This document shows positions 1 to 13,611 of a stretch of 64,000 nt of DNA, piece after piece. The translations under genes were made by a program, and so were the position numbers. The stretch lies in contig CM120649.1 in the NCBI GenBank assembly GCA_051362555.1, positions 806,001 through 870,000 of the forward strand, written 5' to 3'. This stretch comes from Lingula anatina. Lineage: Eukaryota; Animalia; Brachiopoda. The stretch's first letter is position 1; each line of letters starts with the position of its first letter. The notes beneath the pieces were generated by a model, which worked only from the letters and a program-made list of their open reading frames with translations, did no database searches and was not told the origin of the DNA.

Positions 1-1501
1 TATTGAATGGGCTTGGCTGACGTTTGCAACAATGGTTCCGTAGATGGCTGTGCATTTGTTTTGACTAATGTTAGTGGCCTGTCTATAACGGTTTGTTGCT
101 ATGTGCTCTGACTGCAAATTTAGCGCGAATTCATGAATTTCATATCAGACATAAATACGATCAGGGTTGCATATTTAGACAATATATAGAATTTGGTGCG
201 TCAAAAGTCTTACTTTATTTACTTGGGGAATGGATAAATCTCGCACTACAGAGGTGCGTCTTAAGGCAAATGATAATTAGATATTTTCTTCAAATACTTA
301 TCCGAGTTGCAGAGGCATGGATATTAAGAGCTGATATGCACTGGGGTAAAGAGAGTCGTCTGGAAATACCTCCTTTCTTGCACCTGTTTTCTATGACTTT
401 TGTACGAATCCAATCACTCATCGTTATCAGGTCTTCCGTTTGTGATTCACGCTTTCCCTGTTTTAAGACAAAATTAACAATGAAGTAATGAGAAAGGCAC
501 TTTTAAGTGATGTCTTTGAAACACACTTCATCTCAAAGATAAAAATTGAATAAATTAAAGAAAAAAGCCCTGTGAATTTTTAACAAGAACATTGGAACAT
601 GCGCTTAAGGATCCGTGCTTGCTTGTTCATCAGCGAAAAGTTTTGTCAGATATATTTGCGTTTGCTCTGCCAATCCAATATTCAAAGAAAATCTTCCTGG
701 TCCTGGATCACTGACAACGATAATAACATAGATCTATCACCGGCAGAAATATGAGAGCTCACTTTGTGGAAATTACCCCGAAGACAACTAGGCACTTAAC
801 ACTTCGCGCTGTCGTTTCCGGTGGCAATGACTTCATAACCCAGTCAACGCTTATAACGTTCCGCTGATATATGGCGCCATTTTGAAAGACATTTTATTGT
901 GCAACAACAAATTGATTCTGTGGTTTCATGGAGTTAGAATTATGGACGGGTCTGACTGCTTGTTTGATTCTCCTTTGGCGTATTCCTCCCATCTCTCGTA
1001 CACCTTTCCTTCTGTCACTCCTTTTGTACCCTGTCGTTGCGCGTGGCTGTCCACTTCCTGTTGGAAGTGTCATGGATGCAATGCGGTTTGGCTGGTAGTG
1101 TAGTAAATATTGCTCTACCAGTAATTGCACACGTTCGAACTTCTTAAACTTTACTTAAAGCAACGCATACGGTATTTGCTTGAGGGCGAATGTGACAAAT
1201 AGACAACAACCATGGAAGACATTCGACAGTATTCAGTATCTGTTTTACCAACATGGGCAAAAGCCATTTATTAATTTTTCCTTTAAAATTGTAAATCACA
1301 CTACGCATCATTATCAATAGTAAAGGTATTTCATCACCTCCTACAATGTTACGCGACTTTTATACCAATATCAAATGCACAAATCGCAGTCTTTCGTTGT
1401 CATTCTTTGACCCAGCTTAGAGCTTTACAAGGGAGGTTTTAGCGGATGGTGACTATATATAAACAAAATGTTTTGAAGTGCTAAACGTAGTTGGAATGCT
1501 T

Positions 1502-1507
1502 TGCGTG

Positions 1508-1546
<39 letters not shown>
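1502..1546. repeat. (GT)n microsatellite
   Basis: Directly visible. Confidence 0.95.
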
Positions 1547-1547
<1 letters not shown>

Positions 1548-1735
1548 GGGGGGGTGGAGGGGAAGGTACAGTTGTCCATCTAAGACTTCGTATGGTGACC
1601 ATCTTAAGCAGACGGTCAAGCACAGACAGGTAGCCCTTATCTCTCTCTTTACTTAGGCTGGCAAGTAACCGGAAAGGGGAGGGGGATTATTGTAACAAAA
1701 CACCAGTGCGTTATTTATGCACCTCAATAAAATGA

Positions 1736-1896
1736 CAGGCCCAAAGCCAGAGAGGTTCAGGGGGGGGGGGGTCTAACGGCAACCGCCCTTTTTGCCGGAA
1801 AACAATCCGTTTTTGGTAAAATTTGGTGTAGGTACATGGTGAGAGGTCTACATTTCTGCGCCCCCCCCCCTCTTAAAATTGCTAGCTACAAGCCTG
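1736..1896. mobile_element. Degenerate CAGG-terminal MITE, same type as 20817-20984
   Basis: CAGGCCCAAAGCCAG...CTAGCTACAAGCCTG termini with an internal G-run and C-run. Confidence 0.55.
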
Positions 1897-2884
1897 ATTA
1901 ACTTTTCACACCTGAGTGTGGTGGTGCGTTTCCAATGTCAGCAAAAATATCCCCTTTTCTCCTGTATTTATTGTCAGCAACATGCAGTAATACCTCTTTT
2001 CTCTTGCTGCAATGGCTGAGAATGCGACATTAACAATAAGCGAATAAAGTGTACAGAGTCAACATCAACTCTAACTCTTATTTTGCCGTTAAAGCCGATA
2101 TTTCACGCTTACATAGGATGTTTTCAACACCTGAGCTGGCAAAATAAACATTTGTTTTGTTGTGTCGCCTGAGAGCCTTAGCAAACTGACAGTTAGATAA
2201 AACGGTGGCTTCAAGGAGTTTTATTAGCATTTTGGCATTTGATATCAAATAATTCCAAGCAAATTTATTATTTCAGCGAAACCAAGTAAGGACACTCAGG
2301 TTAAATGGAATTATTATAGATTTCGAGGTTTATTTAAGAAATTTGGCCCTGTGTTTACTCTTATTTACGGAACAGTGGGTCAAATGGCTGTTAGCCAAAT
2401 TATTCTTAATCGACAAATAAATAAATAGATAGATAGATATTATATAAGCCAAAAGATCTGAAATACATTTAAATGTAGTTTCAATAGGATGAGCATTTGC
2501 TTTGTAGGTCTTGCTCATACATGTACTATTCTTCGTTACTTTTTGGGCCAAGTTTTGGTCAAATATTAATTTGACTCAGTGATTGTTTCTATGTATTTGT
2601 GCATAATGAAATTTCAATGTATTTAACACAGGTGTGCGTGCCAACATGATGACAATTGTAATTGTCCACACCTCTGTTGCTTAGCACTTTATCCACTTAT
2701 ATAGTCACCAGTATGAGTTTTTGGCAGCTTTTTTTACAGTATTGTATTGCAGCAAATTGATCATCAGCGGTTTCACTTTCAATTTCTCTTTTCACGCTTA
2801 CTTTTTATGTACAGACACAGATGTGTCTGTACATATAGCCATCATCTGCGTCTGTCGTCGTCGCCGTCGTCGCCGTCGTGCACT

Positions 2885-3355
2885 TTTACCGATAACACGA
2901 TAAGTGGAAAACTATTTTTCCTTTTGGCTTGAAACTTTCAGAACTGATGAATATTCATAATACGCAGGTCAAGTTCGAAAATCAGCATGATCGGGTCACT
3001 TTTAGGGAAGTTATGCTGTTTTTTCACTTTTTTCAGCATATATGCAGCACCGATAACACGATAAGTGGAAAACCATTTTACTTTTTTGATTGAAACTTAC
3101 AAAACTGATGAATATTTATAATACGCAGGTCAAGTTCGAAAATCAGCATGATCGGGTCATTTTTATAGAAGTTACGCTGTTTTTTCACTTTTTTCAACAT
3201 ATATGCAACACTGATAACACAATATAAGAAAAACAGATAGGCCAATTATCATTTTACTCCCAGGAGTAGTCAAACTTACTAAAACGCAGGTTGAGTTCGA
3301 AAATCAGCATAATCGGGCCTTCATTTTAGAAGTTATGCTGTTTTTTCATATTTCC
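2885..3355 (+). repeat. Tandem array of about three 161-bp units
   Basis: The (C/T)GATAACAC motif recurs at 2890, 3051 and 3212. ACGCAGGT(C/T)(A/G)AGTTCGAAAATCAGCAT occurs in each unit. Confidence 0.9.
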
Positions 3356-3749
3356 TCAGATTCAATTCTTAGGCATGTTAACAGTCTCATTATTTAACTA
3401 ATAAGATACATAAATGTGTTTGTTTGATATTTCCTGCATCTTTACAACATTGTTAGCTGATAATGTAAAAATGATGGTAAACTTGTTCTCGTGTATTGTG
3501 TAATAAAGTGTCAAAAATGGAAATAAACTCATATCATTGCAGTTTGTCAGATTCAATCATCCACTATGTTCAGAATCTCAGAATGGAGGAAATTGGACAT
3601 TTAACACTGTTCTATTGATATTTTTCCCATGTCATCAATTTTCTTAGTTGGTCATATAAAAATGGCAGTAAAATATTTATTTTGTTTTATGTTTAAAAAG
3701 TGTTAAAAATGGAAATAAACCCATTTCAGAACAGTGCTGTCTTGTTTAC

Positions 3750-5310
3750 ATTTTGGCATTTTTAAGACATGACTTTGAAGTCCCATGAGCCTGCAGACCT
3801 TTGCTAGTCACATTTTCTGAATGTTCATGTTACTAATATTCTATTATTAAAAATTGATGGTCATTATGCTGTTAAACATTATGTAATATCGCATCAAAAT
3901 TTGAAGAAACCCCTATTTTGGGCACTGCCCCCATGATGACCATTTAAGAAAAACCATGTCACTTACTGTTTTCAAACTTACAGGAAAGAAACATGGGGCT
4001 AAAATACAGCTTCAGTAGGCAATGTAGTCTGTTTGGTAATTTTTTCTGGCAGTTAAACAGTTTTTTGTGAAAATTTAATTTTTCACATATTGGCATTTTC
4101 AAGGTGTGACTTTGAAGTTCCATGAGCCTGCAGACCTTTGCTAGTCACATTTTCTGAATGTTCATCTTACTTATATTCTATTATTAAAAATTGATGGTCA
4201 TTATGCTGTTAGACATTATGTAATATTGCATCAAAATTTGAAGAAACCCCTATTTTGGGCACTGCTCCCATGATGACCATTTAAGAAAAATCATGTCAAT
4301 TACTGTTTTCAAACTTACAGGAAAGAAACATGGGGCTAAAATACAGCTTCAGTAGGCAATGCAGTCTGTTTGGTAATTTTTTCTGGCAATTAAACAGTTT
4401 TTTTGTGAAAATTTAATTTTTCACTTAATGGCGTTTCAAGATGTGACTTTGAAGTTCCATGATCCTGAAGACCTTTGCTTGTCACGTTTTCTGAATGTCC
4501 GTGTTACTAATATTTTATTATTAAAAATTGATGGTCATTATGCTGTTAAGCATTATGTAATGTTGAATCAAAATAGAAGAAAACACAATTTTTGGTGCTG
4601 CTGCCATGATGACCATTATGGGAAAACTGTGTCACTTATGACTGTCAAACCTTTAAAAAAGAAACACTGGACTAAAATGCAGAATGAGTTGGAAAAGCAG
4701 TCTAATTGGCGTCTTTTTCTGGAAGTTATACATTTGAGTGAAATATTCATTATCTTTTTGGCATATTCATTGTTGGACTCGGAGCTCCCATGGACATGAA
4801 GCCGAATGGTAATCAAATTTTCTACATGTACATGCTATTTATAGTCAATAATCAAAAATTGGTGATAATTATTCTATAATTTATTATGTAATGTTACATC
4901 AAAATTGACAACATTCTTTTTGCACTTCTACTGCAAACATTCTGAAAAGAAAACTGTGTTACTTATTATTATTTTTAACTTACAAGTATGATTTTTAGGA
5001 TTGGCATGCAGTTCAAATTAGAAAGCCAGGTCAATTGGGTTATCATTTTTTATTGAATTTATGCAATTTTGTGTGAAATTTTCATTTTTCTCATTCTGGC
5101 ACTTTCTAAGTAAAAACTTGAACTCTGATGGGCCTGAAGCCTTATGCTTTTACTCTCGTTGGTGTTACCTGTTGTGCATAATTAAAATTTGATGTTGACT
5201 GTGCAGTAAAACATAATGTATTATTGCATCAGAATTGGTAGTCTCCTATTTTGTGCATTATTGTTTTGTGCTTTTCTTAAGATGTGACTTATGGGCCTGA
5301 AAGACCTTTG
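3750..5310 (+). repeat. Tandem array with ~337-bp period, decaying towards the right
   Basis: GGCATTTT..GACTTTGAAG..CCATGAGCCTGCAGACCTTTGCT starts at ~3755, ~4091 and ~4429, with diverged units at ~4760 and ~5097. Further fragments extend to ~6290. Confidence 0.9.
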
Positions 5311-5542
5311 AGAGGTTCAGTCTGTTAATATCCCTTGGGTATCACTTAGCTAAAGTCTGAGTTATAAAATCATTTGCCTGATTGATAGGCCATTAAATTT
5401 GCCTAATTGATAGGCCATTAAACTCCCAAAAGTTAAGCTCTCTGCTAGATTAATAATAAGGAAGCAGTGATAATAATGCAGGTTATTATATATATATAAT
5501 CGAAGATTAAAAGTTTGAATAGCAGCTTCATTGGAATTACAT

Positions 5543-5776
5543 TTACCTCAGGCTCTGCCAAGGAGGCTATATTTTCACCCCTGTTTGTCTGTCATCAACA
5601 TAACTCAAAAAGTTATGGACCGATTTTGCTGAAATTTTCAGGAATTGTCAGAATTGGGCCAAGGAGGACAATGATTAGTTTTTAGTGGTGGTCTTTCTCA
5701 ATAATCAATCAATGATCAATAATAATCAACAATTGCTGCCTTGGCAGAGGTCTGCATTCTCGGTGGTTTTCTAGTT
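5543..5776 (+). mobile_element. Short HINE-like (Helentron-associated) element nested in the larger one
   Basis: SubTIR CTCTGCCAAGG (~5553) pairs with CCTTGGCAGAG (5739-5749). It has a short GTTTGTCTGTC microsatellite, an ATAACTCAAAAAGTTAT palindrome, a CCGATTTT..TGAAATTT core and a terminal CTAGTT. Confidence 0.75.
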
Positions 5777-7234
5777 TTGTTATGTTTTCCTTTACAATTT
5801 TTTCTCAAACACTTGCATTTGTGACTTTTAGCTCTCATCCGCTCAAGGCTCTGCACATTTTCTGTATTTCCACTTAAGCAATTGTATTGTTTTTTATGTC
5901 TTTAAACATTATGTAATATTATTTTATGCACTGTCATCATTTTTCAAATATTGAGACTTTCATCATGTGACTTTGGTCTCTCATTGTCCTGAAACTGTAA
6001 TCTTATTGAAGGGGTGGATTGAGACCATCTTCTGGGTCTTCCGGAAGACAGTCAGGTTATTAAGTTTATATTGACTGGTATCTATTTTTTTCTGTTGGAA
6101 GACCATCAAAATGGAGGATGGATCAACATAGATACTTTGGAATACTGTCAGAAAATATCTCAGGGTCCGCCCCTGTTATTGACCATGTTACCTGTTGTGC
6201 ATGATTAAAATTCAGTGTTGACTGACAGTACTATTATATATATATAACCATTATTTATTATTGCATCAAAATTGACAAAATGACCTTTTTTGCATCTTTA
6301 TTTTCTGTTTTTTGTCTGTACATTTGACAGCTTTGCTGCCTTGTTCTAATTACGTTATCGGCAATACCTCTCTCATTCTATTATAGTGTCGCTTTGTATT
6401 TATCTCACCTTGATTGGTGACCTTTAGCGAAAATAACTGGTCAATGACTTCTTTTCCACCGATGGCTTTATTGATTACTTAATTAAGTTCCTGTTGATAG
6501 CTTTTTGACCTGGTAAATGATAGATGATTCGGTGTCCTTGTGGCTAAAGCGTTTAATGTTCTCCGTTTTTGTAAGAAATGTTCTCAGTGTTTTATTTTTT
6601 CTAATGTCATAGGGGAATTTACAATTTGATACCGTTATATTAGATAATGGAAAATTGATAAATTTTTGGCTGCTTCGCTTATGTGTTCCGTTGCATGGAA
6701 AACGGTTATTAATTTAAGTATCGCTTATTTTATTACCGAAACCTCGTGTGTTTTATATCCGAATATCTTACGCCTCTTGGTCTGTGTATGGATTCAAATA
6801 AATTGAATGTGTATAGTAACAGAAAGCGCACTTCTTGTCAACCTAAGTACGTCACCTTATGTGCTTAACGTTTTTGCAGTAATACATAAAGATGTATGTG
6901 ATTTTGTATTCTTCTTAATGGCGTTTTTGTCTCTGTCATTAGCAAAACGTGTGTTCTCTGAAATAATGTTTCATGATTAGATAGACAAACGAGTCGAACA
7001 TCAACTGTAACAAAATAGAATTAATATCTTTTCTTGGAAACCATTTCCGTTTCACTAAAATCCACTAAAATTGCTTTTGTCTTCTCGTTTTGTGCTATTC
7101 GTAGATCATTTTTACAGCGCAATCATTGCCATTCCTCATCAAGTCGCTGCAGCCATTTGCAGATGCATCATTTTTCATAAGTTCTTTGACGGCTGTTTCA
7201 TTAAGATTCGACGGAGGGAATATTGGACTGACGT

Positions 7235-7236
<2 letters not shown>

Positions 7237-7276
<40 letters not shown>
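7237..7276. repeat. (CT)n microsatellite
   Basis: Directly visible. Confidence 0.95.
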
Positions 7277-7280
<4 letters not shown>

Positions 7281-10200
7281 TAACAAACATGTACATCTTT
7301 AACTCCGAATGACAGAAAATAACGGGGACAAATAAAGGGAAAAATATGGAACCAACCTTCCAGACTTGCTGTTACATGACACTTGTAATGACATCCCGCA
7401 CTTGCATTCGTTATGCCCTTTCATTGACCGCGGATATCTGTTTTGCTGTCATTCTAATTTTCTTTGGTCATCTCAAATATCTATATGCAGCCAAAGCCTA
7501 TTCATGCGACTTTGACCCACGGCATAGTAATGTAAATTACCCATTAAATAGAACCCCATACCACAACAGTGTTTTCTTTTTCTTTTCATGTCCCAAGGAA
7601 TAGAATAAGAATGTGAATATTGCATTTTAGATGTTTTTACAAGAAGCTTTAAGCCCATTTGAAACAATGAGATTAATGGAAATTTTCAATCAACTCTCAA
7701 TCAACTATCACGAACCTGAAATATCTTGTGAAAACAGAAAAAAGTGGTAAGTAAATTGCAAAATTAATTCACTTGAAAATGATACACAGAAGTCACTGCA
7801 TGTCTGCACAACATGGAAACTTCAAGGTCCATCATATTAGTTATATGACTTATATCGCGAGGGGGGTTCTACTGAAAAAGTACATGTACATTGTACCACC
7901 GACTCTGTCCTGTAGTTCCGCCAGTGCAACACGACGAAACCCTTTCTATTCCCCTACCATGCTTGTACACACTTCAGACAAATTACACCAAGCAGATTAA
8001 CCTCGTTCAAGTGAACCAGCAAAGTCATTTATCAGTCGAATGGGTGCAGTTCAGATAATGTCGTGATTACTCTCGCGACGCCAGCGTACTATGAGTAACC
8101 CAGAGAGTTCGAAATTGACTTGTTCTGCCTTTACCTTCATCTTTAACCAGTAAAAAGAAAAGTGCGCCATCTAGACCCTGAAGCGAAGGGTAAACAATGT
8201 GTTAAATTGCCTGGCCCAATGCTATCGGAACTATAAGAAACTGATGAACGTATTTTAAACGGTATTCAGCACAATTAACGTGTACGCACACACAAGTGTA
8301 CGTGCGTCGGTTTGGAGGCGCGTCTGCTGCGGCGGTGAACCCGGTTTACCGATTTGCCAACCAGATGAAACTATAATATGAACATATCTAATTTTGGAGA
8401 CACGCGCGGGATGTGGAATTTGATACTTGATTGTAAAAAATGCATGTCACAAACGTTTGCACTGATAATGCATACTAAGACATGAAATGCCTCTGAAAGG
8501 ACAAGGAAAAAAAAAACAATCCCCAAAATTATCACTCAGAACTCAAGTGTATGGGAATTCATAGAATGAAAACAGATATAGATGGCGGTGGTGTCGAGGG
8601 ACCTTGTAATGAAGGTCCCGGATGAGCTAGAGTGCAAGGAAATGACATGCTTTGCAAGCAATTCAGTTTCAGATTACATTATGTAAAGCACACCTGCAGG
8701 CAGGCTAAAATTGAAATTGGATGTGGCACCGCGTCTCCCGAGAAAGAAATTGCACACTTGGCTAGGTTTCTCGGTTATGTTGATTTAGAAAGCGATAAGA
8801 AATTCTTGTTGCATAAAGTTGGTTAAAAGGGATCAATGACCGGTAGTTTTTTCCTAATGAGAAAGAAAAAAAAAAAAGAAACGTAAGAAAAAGGATCGGC
8901 AGTTGGAAAAAGTTCACCTTCCATTCTGCACAATTTTGCCAAAAAAAAAAAAAATAAATAAATAAATAATAATAATTACTAATAAATAACCAAAAGGGTT
9001 CGTCGTTCTAGTTTCATTTTTGATATAACAGTGTGTCTTTCCAATAGCCGATCAGTCCTACGGCCAATTTTGTAGTCTCTGCAGTTTTTTTTCTATAAAT
9101 TTAAAATGTGTGATGTATCTTCAATTACACAACAACCCGAATGTGTTTCTTTTTTTTATACACGTATTTCACATTTATTATATAGACAAACACTTTTTTT
9201 TCAAATGCACTTCTTATTAATTCAGAAGAACTCACTCATTTCAAATAGCCCTTAAGGACTATTAGCTTGCTTACTCATCAGCGTATTGACACATCTTATT
9301 ATTTTCCAAGTAACCCATAATTAATAATTTATCTGTTTCAATCTTTCGCTTGTCGTGGTGCCCGAACTTATTTATTAATGGCGCACTCATTTCGACGTCA
9401 TGTTTTATTCATGGCGCGACCTGCTTCTACTTAAAGGAAAGAATTACTGGAAATGAGAAGCCAAAAGGATGGTTTAATGACTCTCGTTCCTTGAGTGGAG
9501 AATAATGCGGCACCACGTACACTTATGTTACTGATATATTTTAATGGTGAAGATAAACGGTTTTAAAAAAGGCATTAGATGAGGACGTGCTCTTTTTGAT
9601 GTACGGGAAGTGTTTCATAGCGATTGATTGTTTTAGAGCGATGATTACATATAATGAGATTAAAGGACACTTACAGATCGAGAAATACTTACAAATAATG
9701 ATATGAAAGCCAATCGCACTTTAAGCCAAACGGATGCACAGTTATTTTGATCAAAATAACCCGACAGACTAATAACGAAACCAGTAAAAAGAAACAGAAT
9801 ATTCACAAAGAAATGCTAAAGAATAATGGTAAAGAGTGGTCAATAAATTGTGGTCATTCATCACAATCAGAGCTTAACCCCAAACGGCCAGGCGTGATCG
9901 ACATGGACGATCGCGATAATTTATTAGTCATTTAAGACATTTCAAGGTCACGTGTCCACCTTTTTTTTTTTTTTGCTCCGTTGTGACCGGAGCAATGATC
10001 ATAAAATGAATATATTATTAACAGCTGCAGCAGTAGACTTGTTCACACCAGGACTTAATTAGACCAGGATAAGACTTAACTATAAACTCAGGGGCTGTAT
10101 CACAACATGACTAAAGATCGAAGGTTAGATCGAAGTTTCAGTCTAAATTGACCCATGACCAATCGGCACTTGTAGTGTGCTTAGAAGGGATATTGCAACC

Positions 10201-11440
10201 ATTCCAAAAGGAGGAAGACAGGGCTGCTGCTCAACTCCTTATTCTACTGGATTACATCGTACTCTTTGTGAAATGAAGCGGAAAACGTGGGGTTTATTTT
10301 CGTTCTTTTCGTGTAATCGATCCTCATTTGAATTGTGCCTTATGCCTTTATGGATATTCCTATGTCACGAACTCGTTTGCCGGAAGTTAAATGCTTACTT
10401 CCGGTTTCATTTACTCTCGGAGTGAACTCTTGATTTGATTCGATTTTATTGATCTAACAAGATGATAGCCCGCTGTGCATTTTGAAGCAGGCGTTTACCT
10501 TGAGTTAGGATTAAATAAAGGCGTAATATGGACCGTAGAGCGGAAATGAAGGCGACTTGGCAGCGGTTTTAATTTGGTTTGCTCTACTTGGTTTCCAAGT
10601 ATTACCGGGCAGTACATATTGAATTACGGCCCTTGGTGACAAGACAGTCTATGTGGGCGCTGCTGTTTTAAGCCACAAGGGAGTCTTTGGCCTCTCAATG
10701 GTTACTGAGAGTGTACTGGCATGAATAAAAGTGGGTTTCTGGTAGGAAATTATTATAAAGTTATAGTATACCGGTAAAATTACTGGTACCTTTGGTTAAG
10801 CAGAGAACCTGAATTTACCCCGGGGATCGCTGCCCACAGCACGCGAAGACAAAAAGAGGAAATAAAATCAATGAAATACATTAATGAGACAGACAGACTA
10901 GGACAGAGACGAACAGACAGACAGACAACGCTTGTAATAATTTGACGACCACTCTAAACTCAGTTACATAATAACATTTACATGTAGCACGGTCTCTATG
11001 AGCCTTCAAACCCTCACAAAGATACACATCTTCACACGTCCCTATGCCAGACACATTGTGTATTCGCGCCAAAGTGCTCAAGCCCCAAGCAAGCAGAGAA
11101 AACACGTCTTTAAGTAATAACGATTTCTGTCTCCATTTGTGCTGTCCAATTCAGCGTAACATCCATCAAACTTCAAGTCTATCCTCAGCCTAATTAGAGT
11201 GGTGGAATGGTGCATAAATTAGGAATGCTGCTAGCTACACAATGGAGTGACGCACCGATCTCTGATGATACAGTAAAGTGAACACTTGACGCAAGCAGTA
11301 CGATACTTATGGGCAGTAGGTGCAAATCTTAACTGGTGTTTTTCTGAAAAATATACATGTAGTGAGATTTGCTTATGTCGCCATAGTATATGCTGTAATG
11401 TGTTTTAACAAAAAATAATAAGCTATTGATAATGATAATC

Positions 11441-11485
<45 letters not shown>
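11441..11485. repeat. (ATT)n microsatellite
   Basis: Directly visible; others at ~26439-26471 and ~51383-51412. Confidence 0.95.
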
Positions 11486-11487
<2 letters not shown>

Positions 11488-11638
11488 TGGTTTTGAATTT
11501 TATAAAATCTGTCTTTTCTTCCTTCAAGAGCCACGGCTGTTATAATACGATAATATGATATTAGATATTAGTTAGGTGTCCAACCGTGATTCTTATCGTT
11601 GTACTTTTAAAGATAAAGTTATTCTAATGAGGTACACA

Positions 11639-11868
11639 CACTGGACAATAGAAGTGTCACCCCTACTTAACCAATACTTTGGGGGAGATAAATGACTGTG
11701 GAATGATATGCTCCTGGTATCATTTTATTAACATCAAATTTCACCAAAAGACCAACAATACAATTCCATGGTACAGCGGTTTTATACTCATTAGTCACAT
11801 TATAAGTAGACCAGGCATTATAACTTTGATTACTCTGATTCAGGGGGTGACACTTCTATTGTCCAGTG
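11639..11868. mobile_element. Tc1/mariner-like MITE, ~230 bp
   Basis: Perfect 25-bp TIR CACTGGACAATAGAAGTGTCACCCC / GGGGTGACACTTCTATTGTCCAGTG, flanked by TA(CA)n ... (TG)nTA. Confidence 0.8.
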
Positions 11869-13611
11869 TGTGTGTATAGTATAAAAACATTTTTAAAAAG
11901 GATTTATTAGTCTTTATCAATATTTATTAACTGTTATCATTTTCCTTTTTCCAAGTTCAGAACAAGTGTCTTACGTGTATCTTCCCTTCAGTCAGTGTAT
12001 AGTTGACTAGCACAGGCGGTACAATTAACCGCTTGTATGGGAATCTTCAACAGCTACCCCCTCCCAAACATTTCTCTATACAGTGTTTCCTTTCAGACCA
12101 GTTTGAAGCGAGTATCCCCTCCCCAGAGACCCGATCAGACGTGTGTACTATTAAGGCATTGTTGTTGAAAAGTATTTTGACATTTCCTTCAAACCTCTTC
12201 CAATTCATCACATACTCCGCGTCCCGTGTGTTTAGTATGGCAGGTTAAAAAAAGCCATTCCGAACAATTTTGAAGACCAGACGCATCTGGGAATAGTTGC
12301 ACTTTCCCTTTTTGTGAGCTTCCTTTTCTGTTAGCTTATCACTCAGACAGTTGTCAGGGCACAACCATGTTTTTTCTTTGGTTAATGACTAAATTGTATT
12401 TGACAGAATATCGTTTTAAAACTGTCTTAATGTATTTATAAAAGCTTATTTATTCCTAGGATTATAGTGGCATTAGTGACGTATATGGGTAATGACGTCA
12501 GAGCATTAGTCCACGAGGTAAAATGTGTCGTCATATGGAAATCCGAACTAATTGCAGATGACTTCCAAGAACTTACATGGATTCATCTCTAGATTTACGT
12601 CGAAAACGCAGGGGACATGAATATGCGTTAACCTACTCACTACCTAATACAATATTGCAAACAATAGCTGACATGATGTCACTCTGAATTACTTGTTGTT
12701 TCTATTTTTATAAAATGGAATATTTCTACTAAGGTAAATACTAGTATACTATACATTTTATTCACTGTCACACGGCAGCAAAGTGCCACGCGAATGAGTA
12801 AGGCCCTTGTTTCATTATTGCCATCGGGGCCCATCCACTGAAGATTTTATTGGAAATGGCATTTTTCCCTATTAAGCACATCTTAAATTCCCCAAAACAA
12901 CTTTCTTAGATTAATAAACAAACGAACAAACAAACAAACAATTAATTAATTGTTTCACGAACCCTCGTGCAGAGAGATACTGGTTGAGGCATATTTGTTA
13001 TGAACACTCTTGAACAAAATGGTGCCATCGGATTCCAGTTAGAATGATACATGTAAGTTTACGTGGTTCTAAGAAAGACGTTTATGCTGCAGTGCATTAT
13101 TATCCTAGTATATGTAAATCATCATTTTGAAATCAAAAATGTCTTTCAATGTCGTTTTCTTAATGCTATATAATTTGTCGACAAATCTTGGATACAAGCT
13201 TATATTAGACTGAATATTTCTCCCAGGAGGAGGGGGAGGGTGGCAAAACCACCTGAAGAGCCTGAATGACTGTAATTTTCCACCGCATTTTCCACTCCTA
13301 TCTTTTAATTATTGATGCCAACCATATAAACTTATCTGCGGTGAAACATTTGTATCACCCGTATTTTTTCGTATGCTTCCCCGTGATACACATGTAATAT
13401 TTACATTTACAATATCAACTTGAAACAGCGTAGTTTGGAGTAATACAGTCTTTCAATGCTGCCTTGAAAAGGCATTACTATAAAACCAGGAGTCAAACGA
13501 ACATTGAAGTGTAAAAATGGTTGCTAAAGGAGGAAGGCCTAGCATAGGGGATTTCGGGTTTCGGGCATACATCCCCAAATACCAATAGATTGAGCTTTGG
13601 AAGGATTGAAA

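Larger units (their letters stand above)
2802..6345 (+). mobile_element. Non-autonomous Helentron-associated element (HINE/DINE-1-like) carrying internal tandem arrays
   Basis: In order: T-run, 5' subTIR ATGTACAGACAC (2807-2818) with adjacent inverted copy GTGTCTGTACAT (2823-2834), (CGT/CGC)n microsatellite ~2848-2880, tandem-repeat body, 3' subTIR TGTCTGTACAT (6313-6323), short hairpin GACAGC-ttt-GCTGCC (6326-6340), and TTGTT end. Confidence 0.75.

Noticed and set aside
4428-4799. 123-aa ORF
   Set aside because: It lies within one unit of the 337-bp tandem array and has no recognisable domain.
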